Assembly (NCBI GenBank): GCA_003971905.1
Contig: RSEE01000103.1
Location: 62,001 to 126,000 of the forward strand
Length of the DNA stretch: 64,000 nt
Source: Moniliella sp. 'wahieum'
Taxonomy: Eukaryota
Reading direction: 5' to 3'
Shown: one piece after another, positions 1 to 13,460 of the stretch
How positions within the stretch are numbered: position 1 is the stretch's first letter
How the letters are laid out: every line of letters begins with the position of its first letter
Program-made: the position numbers and the translations under genes
Notes under the pieces: generated by a model
Told to the model about the DNA's origin: nothing
What the model saw: only the letters and a program-made list of their open reading frames with translations
Databases searched by the model: none

Positions 1-1019
1 CATCGTGTTTTGGACCGCCGCCTGGATCCGCCGCGAGCGGTTCCAGTCCACGGCCAGCTTGAATTGCTCAAAGAACATCCAGATCAGGATCGTGTTGGGC
101 GTGAGACGGATCCAGGAGGGCACGTAGCCGCGGAACAGGAACTTGACCCCATCGGCGCGCAAGTTGGTCTTGAGCGTCTGCAGCCCCACCGACGCCGTCG
201 GCGCGTTCATCAGCGTTGCCTTCACCACGTCTGCCGGGCTGGTCACTGTCGTTGCCACCGTGCCGGCCAGAAAGGAGGCGGTAAATGCAACACGGTGCCC
301 TCGCTAAAGTAGCCCGTGCCAAGCAACGACGACTTGAACATGTCGTACGTTGCTAGCTGCGTCGCGTTCATCAGTACCGCCCGCACCAGGTTGGGCGCCA
401 ACCCCCGGAACAGCGATCCCACCCCTTCCTCCCGTGCCATCCGCACCACGCCCGTCACTGCATCGTGGTAGTTGAACCGCTTCTCCACTGGCTTGTTCAG
501 ATCGGACGTCATGCGCACCACATAATGTCTGTGCGCCGCGCACGCATCGCATCAGGCAGTCAGCTCAGGCCGATCGAAACGCACAACGCAAAGACATGTA
601 TGCCAAAAGATGGAACGGCACGTACCAGCTGGGTTGCCCGCCACCCCACCAATCACACCGGCGCCCATTGCCGATAGGGCCAGCGCGGTGTTGGAGATGG
701 ATCCATCGGGCGAACGGCGGGCCAAGACGTTTTTAAAGTGGTCGTAGGCGGCGAAGCGGGCGAGGGAGTAGGTCATCTGGCGCAAGACCGAGGCGGACAA
801 GCCTTGGTACACACCAGCAATGCCATCTTGGCGTGCGGTGGTGACCAAGACAGAGGCCATGGACTTGCGCGCACCCGTCTGGGTTTGCATTCGGTTCTTG
901 ACCGCATCGAGCGGGTGGGTGAAGACGACGGCGCAGGTGGCCGCCACGCCGCCGAGGTAGAAGGGATAGGGAGGGCCGGGGGGAGTCAGGCCCTTGGTCT
1001 GCTGGGCAATGGTCGACAT
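1..1019 (-). CDS. DIC1: Mitochondrial dicarboxylate carrier (SLC25 family); 3' end runs off window
   Basis: MSTIAQQ start at 1019. YPFYLGGVAATCAVVFTHPLDAVKNRMQT carries the PX[DE]XX[KR] carrier signature. Also GLSASVLRQMTYSLARF, GLAPNLVRAVLMNATQLATYD and an intron ~529-625 (GTACGT..CAG). Small indels present. Confidence 0.9.
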
Positions 1020-2426
1020 GATGGGGAGCGGGGGGGGGGGGCAGGCGGGAGGACCGGGCAGGGCAAGGCAGGGACAAAGCGCGTCGAACGTCGACAGGAG
1101 CGGTGCGCGGTGCGGGAGAATTTTTTGCCTGGGGCGCTGCTCGGAGAGTTGAGACCTCGCACGGCCAACGCCAACGTGAACTCCGAGAAAAGCGATGGCC
1201 CGTGCAGTGGCCCCGTGCGGCGAACGCACCTGCTTGGGTAAGCAGCCGTCATCACCATCGAATCCGTCGGTAATCAATTAATCACCACTGCCCTTGGACG
1301 GATGGACACGAGCACGAGCCCAGGACAGGCCACGGTCACCGCCGAGCACACCCGCCCACACCGCTCCTGCGCACCAATCGCTCTCATCACCTCCTATCTC
1401 ATGGTGCACGGCGTCAAGTTTGCTTCGCCCTGTCTTCGTCTCCCCTGTCCTCTCCAGCGCATACACTGCCCTCCCAAAACCATCCCGTTTGTCATCCGTG
1501 TCGGTGATTAATTCCTTGGTCGTTGCAGGACATAGATACCGCCGGCTCGGGACCTCCGCGACACAAGAACTTGATACCACCTCTCTTGGAGCGAATGCAG
1601 CGGTAGGGACGCGTCCTAATGATCCACACTCTGTCACGTTCGGAAGGAGATTGATATGCAGGAGAGCAGACCACTGGTAGCGCGGCAAGGTGTTGTTCCT
1701 AGAACCCTGAGTACCTCAGAAGAAAGGGGGCTATGAAGCAACAGGATTAACAGGATTGCAGTCATGAAAAAGGAGACTGTTGATTGAATATTGAGAGGTG
1801 CGTCCCCCATGGCTAACTGCCAGAATCCTAACAAGCAGGGGGTCTGTTTTCAACACAAGGGGCTAGCTAGTACCGCAGGTGTGTGCGGGGGCGGATGCTA
1901 CAAAAGCCATGGGCGGCAGAAAGGCCGGGTGATGACCCGCGTCAGGCGTCAGGGGGTGGGTCAGCGCTCAGCCTGAGCTACGCACTGACAGTGCGAGGCG
2001 CCTGGCGCGTGCAGAGCCCTGGCCGCGGTGATGGATGAGACGGATGAGCGGAAGAGGGCAGGGGGCAGAATATGGAAGGGCCAACAGGACCTCGGTTCGT
2101 GCAAAACGGCAAGCGGATGATCATCAGGCGAGATGGGCGGCGGGTGGCGCGACAGACCGGCAGATGGGTCGAGTGGGGCGTGTGTTTGGCGGGCACAGGC
2201 AGAGGCAGTCTGGCTAACAACACGCGTGGGAGGACGAAAAAACCCCAGCCGGCCGAGAACAGGATTTGAGTTTGGGGTGCGCAGCCGGTTCTGGCCGATG
2301 CGGTGGGGGCGGCGGGGTGCGGCGGGCGCGGCGGGCGGCCGGCCAGGGCCGGGATGGGCGCGGGGGCAGTGTTGGGCGGCGGCGGCGGCGCGTGAGGTGG
2401 GTGTCTGATTTTGGCGGGATTTCGGC

Positions 2427-2469
2427 GGGGATTGGGTGGGAATTGGGTGGGAATTGGGTGGGAATTGGC
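2427..2469 (+). repeat. 11-bp tandem repeat (GGGAATTGGGT)x3 with G-quadruplex potential
   Basis: GGGGATTGGGTGGGAATTGGGTGGGAATTGGGTGGGAATTGG read directly, ~135 bp upstream of the ATG at 2603. Confidence 0.8.
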
Positions 2470-2602
2470 CGATTGAGTGCGTGTGCGGTGTTCCCAGGCC
2501 TTCGCCAGAGTCGGGGCGGCAGACGCAAACCCCACTCCTGGCCCGAGCGCGGCGGCCTCCGCCTCGACCCGGCCAACCACCGTCGCTGCTGCTCCCACCG
2601 CC

Positions 2603-5600
2603 ATGTCCGCCGCCGCCGCCCCCGCCGCCAGCCCCCCCACCCCCCCCCCCACCCCCCCTCCCCCCGGCGATGCGGTCGGTGCGCTGCGAGCACGCCTCCA
2701 CGCCCTCGACGCCGCCCTTGCCCACGTCGCCCACCTCGCCACCGCCCTGGCCGACCCCCCACAGCCGGCGCCGCTCCCAGCGTGCGCCCCCCCCCCTCCC
2801 CCCGCCTCCTCCTCTGCCGCCCCCCGCCGCCTATGTCCGCCCACCCTCGCCCCCGACGGCCCCGTCGGCCTGCCCCTCTCCGCCTTCCCCGGCCAGAAGC
2901 CGCATCCGAGGGACAATCCGGCCGGCACCCGCCGCTCTTCCCTTCCTATGCTGCTGCCCGTGCTGCGCTGGCCAAGCAAACTGCTGCGCTCACTGCCGAG
3001 CGCGAGCACGTGCGCCAACTGGTCATCGAACACGCCTCCGCCGCGCTGCTCTCGGCGCTAGGTCTGGCTGCTGGGCCACAGCAGGACGGCGAGCCCCTGC
3101 TGGACCTCGATTTGGACCGCAAAACCGAGGATGGCCGCCGTTTGTCGACCCGGTAGAGCGCCTGCCCGAGGAGGAGGAGGATAAACAGCCGGTGCCGGTG
3201 CCGATCGGACGACAAGCTTCCCCTTTCTGCCTGGTCCCATCTCCAGGGCGGCGCGGCGACGATCGCACCCTTTACGCCGCAACGGGTGGATGCCGAGGAG
3301 CGGCGCAAGTGGATTGACCAGATGTTTGCCCAAGCCGGGCTCGACGAGGACGATACGTCTTCCCCCCCACACATCCGAGACGGATGTGGCAACGTCACCA
3401 GACATCTGTGCCTGCTGCTTCGACGTCTACTTCTGCTCCTGCTTCTGCTTCTGTCTGTCCCTGCATCTGCCTCTACTTCTGCTTCTGCTTCTGCTCCTGC
3501 CACCCCCCCCGTACCGACCTCTTGTCTCGCCGAGCTGCGGCCGCTGCCTCATAGCGCCGATTTGCCGCCGCCGCAAAACCTGCGCTCAGCGACACTTGTC
3601 CTACACGCCGTGTCCCAGTGGAGCCGGAACGCCAATGGGTCTGTCGCCGACACGGGGCGAGAGCATCCTCGATGGCCACTTGCCTGGTCATGCGGTCCAC
3701 CCGCACCTTCCCTATTCGCTCTCGGACCACGATGGTGTTAGTTGGCAGCCTCCGCCCAAGGCATTTGGCGCCTCGGGGTTTAAACGGGGCTTTTTGAATC
3801 TCAATCCCCACTCGGACGGGGCCAAGCATTCGTCAGATGCCGTACCGGGTCCCTCGGTCTGGGCGCGCGAGGTAGAGTCCATCCCGCACCACCATACCGA
3901 CGATACGTTGGCTTCGCAGGACGACGCTTCCCACCTCGCGCACGGGAAGGATGCCCCTCGCCCCGCCCTTGGACCAGGCGGGCGACCAGGCAGAGCGCGG
4001 CAGGTCCCCCTCCCGTCCCCCCTTCCTCTGCGGGCACAAAGCATGTGCGCATCGTCTCCCCCTCGCCTAGTCAGCGATGGCGTTCGCATGTGTGGGAGGA
4101 TCACAAGGCAGCATTGGATCTGAGCAAGCCGCTGCGTAACCTCAAGGTCTCCCTACCGTCCGAGGAAGATCTACAAAGGGCAGAGAACATGCAAGTGGTC
4201 TTGGCTCGACCCAATTCACAACCTCCCCCTCCTCCCTCGACCTCGCACGAAGAAGGAGAGCTGGCACCATCTGCCCCCCTCCGCCTACTAGGATGGCCAA
4301 GACGAGCCGGATGAAAATGGACAGACGAGGCGGCGAAGATCATTGCGCTGTTTGGGTGCTGAGCAAATCGCTTCCCAAGCGGCCGGCGTGGCGGTACCAG
4401 GCACCAGTGCGGCGGCTGCGCCTCTGTCCGATGGAGCTGGCGGCGTGGCGCTACCGCGTCGGCCGGCGGCCGAACCAACGGTATCCCCTGCGCCCTCGGC
4501 CTCTGCTCGACCAGCTCTGGCGCGGGACGTGGTAGAACGAACGCCGAACAAGCGAGCACCGGCTAAACGACCTATACGTCGTACCTCGCTTGGCGGTCCC
4601 GTCCCGACGCCCTCGGCGGCCCAAGCGCATGCCGACGCCGTCACTCCTCCAGCTTTGGCCCCTCGCTGCGCCTCCGCCGACTTGGACTCGACGGCCAACG
4701 TGCCTTCGCTCGTTTCTGCCCTGCACCACATTCATCCTTCGCCTACGCCTTACCCTACGCCTCCCGTTACCGGGTCCAACTCGCCCGTCGGTACTGGCAC
4801 TGTATCCCCGCTGTTCTCTTCCTACTTCCACTTCCACTCCTACTCCTACTCCCTCTAACCCTTCTACTTTCCTCCCCTATTTCCGCCGGTTCCGACACCG
4901 ACACCGGCTAAGACTAAGCCGGCTAAACGTGCCCTGTTTCGGTGGGTTCCTCAAGCTTAATGCCGTCGCGTCTTCCGCCACTGGACCGTCCAACTCCCTT
5001 CCCCCAAATCCTGAGTCTGAGTCTGAGCCTGCACCTGAGCCTGGGTCTGAGTCTGTGCCTGAGCCCGAAGCCAAGCCCGAGCCTGAGCCTGAGCCCGAGC
5101 CCGAGCCCAAGCCCGAGACCAAGCCCGAAGTCAAGCCCGAGCCTGAGCCCGAGTCCACACCCGAAGCCAAGCCCGAAGCCCAACGCAGCGGCCGCGCCGG
5201 ATGACAATGCGGGGGAGACGTTGCGTGAGCAAGCGCTTCCTGACGCCTCTCCTCTGCTCGCTCCGCGCGAAGAGGGGGCAAAGAGGAAGGCGAGCCTGCT
5301 GCGGCCGGGGTGGCCGTACGATCGGGAGCGACCGATGCTTCGGACGAGTCGGAGGTCGGGGAACGAAGCGGGGCACGGGCCCCAAGCCGAGTTGGCCACG
5401 CGATTCCGCCAAGCAGTCCGAGACCAGTGTAGGCATCTCGGCCTTGGACCGCGCCGTGTTGGCGGAGGAGTCAACGCAGGGGACGACCAAGCTGCCGCAT
5501 GCGCGGCCGACCAAGGCGTACGCTGCGTCCTTGGCCCGTCGGCGGCGCGGGGCGGAAGCGGTGGCCCAAGCGGCGCGCTCTACCTCCGAGTCCGAAGCCG

Positions 5601-7277
5601 AGTCCGAGGCCGAACCAGGTCCAGTCGTCCAGTCCAAGTCCCGACGTCGGTCTCACGTCCGCTTCGATGTCGCGGACGAGGAGTACCGTGCGTCGCCGCC
5701 GGGTTCACCGGGGCCGTCGCCGGCGCGGGTGGGGGAAAAGTACGCTTTGCCTCGCGCGCGTCCGTGTCGGATGGGTCTGAGTCGGATACGGTGCGTCGCG
5801 TCCGGTTTGCAGCGTCGAACCAAGCCTACCGAGCTCCGGAGGACGAAGCTGGCGTGATGGAGCGTTCCCGCCCACGGGCACCATGATGACCGAGCCACCG
5901 AGCGCCAAACCGCCCAAGATCAAACGCCGAGCCGTGGTAGGCACCACGGCCGACGGCCAACCCATCCTTCGTGTCGAGGCCAGATTCGGTTTACTACTTC
6001 GTCGGACGAGGCTGGGTCGCAGTCGGACCGGCTGTCGGACAGCTCTGGGTCCTGCGCCCCCTCACGCTGCCGATGTGGTGCGAGGCGTGGCCAGATCCGG
6101 TTTGCCACCTCGTCCGAGGAAGCCGAGGCGCAGTCCGGGGAAGACGGGTACGATACCGACGAGCCTCCGTCCGAGGTGGTGGAACGGGCGCATTCGGCGC
6201 AAGTAGTGGCGAAGCGCTGCGGCGGCACGGAACGAGCGGTGGCCATGACCAAAGCCGCCTCGTCGGAGTCGGTGTCGGTGTGGGGATCGGAAGAGGGGGC
6301 GGAAGGAACGAGGGAGGAGGATGTGGAAAGGACGAGCCAGGGCGGCGGAAGTGAGTCGGTGGGTGCGGCAGGGGACGATGAGCAGGAGCTGGGGTCGGAT
6401 GAGGAGGAAGAGAAGGACGACGATGAGGATCCCATGCTGTCCGAAGAAGAGTACACTGCTGAGGACCTGGCTGCGCTCCGGCCCACGTTTGATGCCGATG
6501 GGGCGAGGAGAGGGGAGAAGGAGAGTCGAACGAGGATGACGAGGCTGATTTGGACTCGGCCTTGCACCTGGCTGAGATCCAGAGGGAGTATGCACGGATC
6601 AAAGCGGGCATTTGCAAGACCGGCATCGATGGACCGTATCCTTGTCCCAAGACGAGCATCCTCTTGACCCGAGCACTGGCGAAGCCATCACCGCCACGCC
6701 CTCTGCCCTGGCGCCGATCGAGGCGGACCAGTCGGGGGGGAAGGCAAACCGTCGCGGTTCAAACAGGACCGAGTGGCACGTGCATTTGCAGCTCATGCGG
6801 CGGCCCAGGCCGGTGCGCCGGGCTCGGGCGCCAGCCTGGGACAGGGCACCGGCCTGCCCGAGGGCCAGATGGGTACGCCCAAACCCGTGATGGTCATCCC
6901 GCACTTGGCGCCACTGCGCACGACGCGGTCGGGTGCGCCGGTACAGGAACAGGATCTACGCTCAGCGCGCGGCGTGGAGCTGGAAGGTGCGTCGGACGAG
7001 GAGGATGGGCGCTTGCTCGAGATGGCCAAGGAGCGTCTGGGGCTGGACGCGACGACGGAAGCGCCGTCGGGGTCTGGGTCTGGGTCCGGGTCGGGGGCTG
7101 CGCGGCCGACGGAGGTGGGGGCGGTGCAGGAGCGCGGGCGCGAGCCGCCTTCGATCGGCCGGGCGAGCCGGGCGACGGGACGGAGCCGCGGTGGCGGCGG
7201 CGGCAGACGGACCAACGTCAACGGCCAAGCCAAAGCGCATGTCGCGCTTCAAGGCGGAGCGGCTGGGGCTCCGCTGA
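2603..7277 (+). CDS. BUD27: Bud27/URI-like unconventional prefoldin with DUF3835-type C-terminus; long low-complexity middle; frameshifted
   Basis: N-terminal helices [41 protein letters not shown]. Also [25 protein letters not shown], an acidic tract, [17 protein letters not shown] and the C-terminal [16 protein letters not shown] typical of this family. Pieced together across frames. Confidence 0.6.
5010..5180 (+). repeat. Coding hexamer repeat (GAGCCY/AAGCCC), probably a PEPEPKPE tract
   Basis: Direct reading; translates to [23 protein letters not shown] in one frame. Confidence 0.75.
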
Positions 7278-7309
7278 GGCTCGAGGAGCGCGTGGGAAAT
7301 GCATCGACA

Positions 7310-7516
7310 TGTCCATTCCATGTCCAGTCCAGCCATCCATCTCGCCATCCATTCATCCTCCATGCTAACCCTCCTTCCTCTCCCACGCCCCATCCCATTC
7401 TGTCCCATCCATTCCATCCATTCGATTCATCCATTCCATTCCATCCACTCCCATCCATTCTCCCCCTCCATCCCATCCCATCCCATCCCATCCATGCCTT
7501 GCCAGCCCAGCCCATC
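7310..7516. repeat. Degenerate (CCATY)n pentamer microsatellite, intergenic
   Basis: Runs of CCATC/CCATT between the BUD27-like stop and the SNX41 start. Confidence 0.8.
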
Positions 7517-7712
7517 CGACGGCAGATAGACCACAGGCGACTTGTACAGGAATACATGGCTCACTTCCCCCACCTTGCGCAGCTTGAAAGTTGCAGCCCC
7601 CAACCCTACGCCCCGTGCCGCTGCACCTCCGCCAGCGCCAGCAGCCGACGCTCCCCCGCGAGGCACCGCCCCCCCCCCCACCGCCACCACCACCACCCCC
7701 CCCCCCGCCGCC

Positions 7713-9909
7713 ATGTCTGCGCCCGCCGCCCTCGACCCCTTCGAGTTCACCCCGCCCACCGACCCCCCGTACCCGCCACCATCGGCCCCTCCCCTTCTCC
7801 CCCGCCGCCCGCCGCGGCTGCGGCCGAGCAGGAGGACGGCTGGACCCCCCCCGAGTCCGTCCCGCTCCCCGCCTCGACCACTGCGCTGCTCGACCCCTCC
7901 TTGCCGCCCTACAGCCCCACCCCGCACCACTCCCCCTTCGCCTTGGACGACGAGGAGGACAGGGCCGAGCCTGTCGCCACGCCTGCCCCCAACCCTGCTC
8001 CCGCTTCGCCTTCCCCTGTGCCTGCCAAGTCCGACCTGCCCGCCCCCGCCCCGCCGCTGCCTCTGTCCGTGCGCCGCCCCCCCGCCGCACCCAGCGGGTC
8101 GGCCGACCCGCGGTGACCGAGGTGCGCATCGTGGATGCGCACAAGGCCGGTGATGCCAAGGGGGCCGGGTACATTGTGTATGTAGCGCGGGCCAAGTTGG
8201 CCAATGGTGTTTCCCTCGAGGCGGCGCGGCGGTACAGCGAATTCGAAGCGTTTCGGCATGCTTTGGTTCGGCTCTACCCCGTCCACCTTGTTCCGCCCAT
8301 TCCCGACAAACATTCTCTCGCCGAGTACGCCGTCAAGCAGACGCGTGCGGTGGACGATGCAACGACGATCGCACGGCGTAGGCGGATGCTGCAATCGTTT
8401 TTGCGCCGTCTCGCCACCCACCCCGTCTTGGGCCACTCGCCTGTTTACCTCCACTTTTTGGATGGTCGTTTGTCCTGGGCGCAGATGGTTGCCTCGCCGC
8501 CACTCTCGACCCTGCCGCGGTCCAACTTGCGCGCTCCGACGCACGACGTGGCGCGCGTCGGCCCAGCTGCCGTCCCGCCCGCGCCCGACCACGCCGACTT
8601 GGACGATCCCGATGCGTTCCGCTTGGCAGCCAGTGTGGCAGCCGAGGCAGCGGCGTACGATGCGTTGCCCCTCCCCCCTGCTTCGACGGCGCTGCGTGAG
8701 CCCGACACGCACTTTCAAGATGCCGAAGCGTTTACCGATAGCTTCACCACCCACTTGACGGGCACGATGGAAAAAGTCAATCGTCGACTGCAAAAGCGGT
8801 GGCACGAAGCGGCGGCCGACTATGCCGAACTGGGCGCAGTGTTGAATGCGTTTTCGTTGACTGAGCAAGGCCCGTTGGCCGAAGCGATTGAGCGGTGTGG
8901 TCAAGCGTCAGACGCTTCGTTTGTTGCGACGGGCACATGTTGCAGTCGTGGCAGGAAGACTTTAGTGAGCCGTTGCACGAGTATGCGCAGTACGGTGCCA
9001 TCTTGCAAAAACTGCTCCAGTGGCGGCACATGAAACATGCCCAAGTCGAGGCTGTCGCAACGGGGCTCGAGGCACAGCGGGCGCAGTTGGAGGAACTGGA
9101 GGCGGTGGATGCCCATGCAGGTCGGTTGACTGGCGCGCTGCAGCGCGGTGGCCGGTCCGGCTTACAAGCTGCCTTGGCATCCTCCAGTCCAGGCGGGGAG
9201 GATGGGGTGCGAGATGGTGTGAATAGTCTTGCGCCGGTCGCTCCCGCTCCCTGGGGCGACCTCGACGCCTCAGCTCCAGCCTCAGCCCCAGCCCCGGCCC
9301 AGCGTCGCTGTCCATCTATGGCAGTGCGGCAGAAGATGCCGAGTCGGAGGATTGGGTGGGAGCGAGTTCGAGTGCGACGGGCGAAACAGCTTCCAGCATG
9401 CCGGCTGGCAGCCGCACCAGTGCCGCGCCGGCGCCCGCGCCAGGAAGCATTGCGCGTGCTGCCTCTGCGGCGCGGGTTACTGCGGGTGGGACTGGGGGGC
9501 GGTTTGGTACGTCTGGGTTGCTGGGTGCGTTGGGCCATACGCTCTCGATGCTGGATGTTGATCCGGAGGGCACGCGGCGCTCGACGGCCGCTCGGTTGCG
9601 CGGCCAATTGGCTGCGCTGGAAGGGGCTGGGGCCTGGCGGAGCGCGACTTGGCTTATGCCAACCAGACCATCCAAGCTGATCTCGACCGGTTCCAACGTA
9701 CCAAGGTCACTGACTTTCGCCAGATGCTCATCCGGCTCGCTCAGGCCCATCGCGCTGCGGCGGCCGAGTCGTTGGAGGCGTGGCAGGCAGCCCAGCGCGC
9801 CGTCGAAGCCATCCCTGCCCCGGAAGGTATGCCCGAGTCGAGCCTACTTCGCCCCAGCAACGCGAAGGCTCCGCCCTCCCTTCCAATGACTTTTCTTCTC
9901 TCGACCTAA
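7713..9909 (+). CDS. SNX41: Sorting nexin Snx41/Atg20 family (PX-BAR)
   Basis: PX domain YIVY..RRYSEFEAFRHALVRLYPVHLVPPIPDKHSLAEY..RRRMLQSFLRRLATHP. BAR region MEKVNRRLQKRW..FSEPLHEYAQY..YANQTIQADLDRFQRTK. Frameshifts present. Confidence 0.88.
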
Positions 9910-10509
9910 GGCCTCGGATTGCTCCTTCCAACGTCAAGTCAACTTGGGCTTGGGATGGTGGGATGGTGGAATGGTATGGTGATCGCTTGGCCCTCTTGGA
10001 TCCTCTCGGATCACTCCCCCCCCCCCCTCTTTTTTCCCGTTCCTCCTTCACTCCTCCTTCCCCCTTCCCACCCCTTCGCTTTTCCCCTTGCTCTTCCTGC
10101 ACTTACCTATCGCCTATCGATCTGCGATGGGCTGGGGCAGAAGAGCGCATCGCACGCCCCCCTCCCCCTTTGATGTCTGCTGCTGCTTACCCTTAGGCCC
10201 CACCTCCCACTCCCCCACTCCCCCGCTTTCCCCTTTCCCCTTTCCCGCTCCCCGCTCGCTCCCCCGCAAAGATAAGATGGGAAGTGCCACCGGGGGTGGA
10301 CGTCGACTGGCCACAGCGCTTCCCTGTTCGTTTCCGACCGAGTACTGAGTCCTGATTCAATATTCAGGCCCAATTGATTGCTTTTGTATATGCTTGGAGG
10401 CCGAACAGGCACCGTCACGGTTCCCCGGTCAGGCGCATAGAACTGGCCGCGTGCTAGCTACCATACAAACTTATATCATCCAGACGTGCTACCTCGTTCG
10501 AGCCGAACA

Positions 10510-10544
10510 GTGACTCGTGACTAGTGACTAGTGACTAGTGACTT
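10510..10544. repeat. Heptamer array (TGA-CTAG)n
   Basis: gtgactc gtgacta gtgacta gtgacta gtgactt. Confidence 0.85.
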
Positions 10545-11767
10545 GGCTTCATGGGACTGACACTAGACATCCATTAACCATGAGTATGAAATGCGCGCCT
10601 AGCCCAGTGGAGAGGGGGTCGCAGTCCCGACCATCGACGTTTCAGAGCGGGGCGAAACACTGGTGAGGATGCTGGATAGCGCTGATGCTGGATACCGATG
10701 CTGGATACCAATGCTGGCGGATAGAGAGACGGCGGGGGGGGGGGGTTGTTGGATAGGTGAGTCGGAAGAGCGGCTCACGAGGACGTACAAAAGAAAATGA
10801 GATGTGCGAAAAGGGTAGAATATGATGCATGAGGCATGAGCATGACTAGGACTGGATGACTGGGGACGAGGTGACTGCAGTGGCGATACTACCATCCATC
10901 CATACCGCAGTCGTGATCGACGTGATGCGCGTGATCATCTCAGTACACTCAGTACTCACTGCGCTGCCCCCCCCCCTCCATCAACGTTCAACCCCCAAGT
11001 CCCACGCCACCAATGTTTGTCCAGGCAACCCGGCAAGAATATGCCCTTCGAAAGGTGCGTCCAGGGGATGTTGGCGAGCAGGCGGACCCAATGTCCCGCC
11101 CCGTACCACGCTCAGGGTCCATGTGCCTCACCGCGGGACCGAGCCACACGGGTATGTGGGGAACGCACATGTAGGGTCAACGGTGAACGTTGGACAATTG
11201 CTTGCATAGGGTGGGTGTCCAGAGAGGACATTCCCTTGCTCGGTTCGCTCACTCTCACCAAGCAGAAACAGGTGCTTCTGGCTGCATGGAGAATGCGCTT
11301 GGGGAACCTGGTGATCAGACGTGCTCCTTGTTTCGGTACCACCCACAACCTTGCCCGCCCAATCGCCGCCTCGTGCGTGCGAAACCGCAGACCGAGATGA
11401 CAAGCCGTACAAAACCGTGCGCCCTGACCGAGCACAGGGGGACTAGGCCCACGCGTCCCAACTTGTGCGCTCACACATTGCTTACGCCCCCCCAGTAAAC
11501 TGGGCATCGTGCCTGGCCGAGGCGCTACCACGCAGGCCGTTCAGGCGAGGAAAGCCGAGGCCGCGCGCACCATCACGCAGGACCGTACCCGCGACAGAGC
11601 AGCAGCGCACAAAAGTAAAAAGAAGGCGGTAAGAGACCAGGGACGTTGGTAGCATCATACCACCGATAAGGCGACCTGAGACTTATTTCTTACCCATCCC
11701 GATCGAGCGTTCCACTGCAGCTTCCAAGGAGCTTGATCTAGCTGGTGCGCCAGGGCGGCTAGGCACC

Positions 11768-12736
11768 TTACTTGGGCCCATGTTGTCGCCTCGTATTGGT
11801 TGTCAACTTGGCTGCCAACCGACGCGCAGCTACCGAGAAGAAGAGAGGCGTGACGAAGGGAGGGAGGAGAAGACAAAGAAGACAGGGAAGAAGAAGTAGA
11901 GCCCAGGGGGCGGGTTGTAGTGTGGGGCCGAGAGCGCGAGGCAGTCTGCTTGGCCTCATGCCACAGCCGATGCGCCTCCTTCGTCGGTGGAGGGGGTAGA
12001 AGGCGGTGGGGGACGCCCAGCCAAGGCGGGCACGCACTTGGTCCTCGTTGCGCTGCACACCAAACGCACGCCACTTGTCCTGCCGCAAGTGCGCGCGCAG
12101 TTTGGCGTTCTGCTGCGCTGGATCGGACCAGAACTTGTCCTGGTCCTCTTGCAATTCGGCCGTGCGCTGCTCACCCGCCGCCGCGCCCGCTCCGTTGATC
12201 GAGTCTTTTCCCGCACGGTAAACGGGTCTTCTTCCTTAGGTGCCAACCCATCGGCAACTGTAGCGGGGGGGGGAGGAGGTAAGGTCAGTACTATTATCCC
12301 GATGCAAAATCAACGGGACGAAGAGAAAGAAGAAGAAAACAGACAACGTACATTCGTGGCTCCAAGTTCCTGCTCGTTCATCGTCCCAGGACGTGACGCG
12401 CTCCCGCACGCCAAGGACAGCAACGTAGCGAGTATGTTGGGGATCGGTCTCGATGGCAAAGCGAGCGGAGCAGGAGGGGCAGGAGGCGGAAAAGCGCCAG
12501 ACAGGGATGGACAGATACGTAGATACCTGTTTCTTGTCCGCATTGAACCGCCGTCCTTTGGCGATCGACTGGCCACACGCTTGGCACACCGCATCCACCG
12601 GCATGGCAAAGCGCACGACCAAGCTCCGTGCTCAGCTAGCTTGCGCGCGCGCGCGCCCAACGGATGGGCTTTGTTGAAGGGCTCGCAGGGGGATCCATGT
12701 CGGGGGGTAGTACCGCCCCATGTTGAAGCCCTGCAT
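11768..12736 (-). CDS. YJU2B: CCDC130/Yju2 (Cwf16/Saf4) family splicing factor
   Basis: MQGFNMGRYYPP..HPLGARARKL..VVRFAMPVDAVCQACGQSIAKGRRFNADKKQVSTYLSIPVWRFSASCPSCSARFAIETDP has two CxxC motifs. Intron ~12260-12350. Also WSDPAQQNAKLRAHLR. Confidence 0.88.
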
Positions 12737-13460
12737 GGTGGGGCACCCGCCGAGCACGCTGCGCTCGCGCTGGGCAGAGGAAGACGGTGGAGGGCAGGCG
12801 GTGGCAGCCTTGGTGGTGGCGCTCCGTGGCGAGGCAGGCGATGGCGCTGCAATGTTCAAACGTCCATGGAGGATTTGATTTCACCAGCTGCTGACGTACT
12901 GGGGCTGAGGCAACGCATCACGTGACGACGGCTCCAGGCGTGGTATGACGTCAAGCTTCAAGTGTCGCGTCGTAGGAAAACCGTCTGGTCGCCGTCGGCA
13001 CGCAGTACGTACTCCGGACGAAGACGGCCCTGGGGACATGGGGTGCCCATCTCGGGGGAATCAGATCTCAGATCGGACGTTGGACCCGTTGAGGCGGCTC
13101 CGCAGGCAAGCCAGCGTGGGGGCCAGCGGCTACCCTGTCCTCCTGTCCCACGTCGAGAGGGGGATCGATCTAGCCGATCTGGCCTCTGGGATCGCATCGA
13201 TCGGAACACCGACAAGCGCAGAGGGGCGCCACGCCAATGCCAGCGCCTCCCAAAAGGCACAACATAATACGTAGTACCACACAATACATACCAGCAGTAG
13301 GGGCAACTATGTATTCGGCATTCTCTTCCGTCTGGGCTTCTGCAGGCCAGCACTGCCTAGCTTGAAGGTGAGGCTCACCGCTCCCCTGGCTTAGCTGCTA
13401 ACCTAGCCTACGTAGGGCCTAGGGCCTAACGCGTGCGTAATGCGTAACGGAGAAGGCGAT

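Noticed and set aside
1961..7930. Many long overlapping and antisense ORFs suggesting dual coding
   Set aside because: Expected shadow ORFs in high-GC, low-complexity coding DNA; they translate to Arg/Gly/Pro-rich sequence with no recognisable domain.
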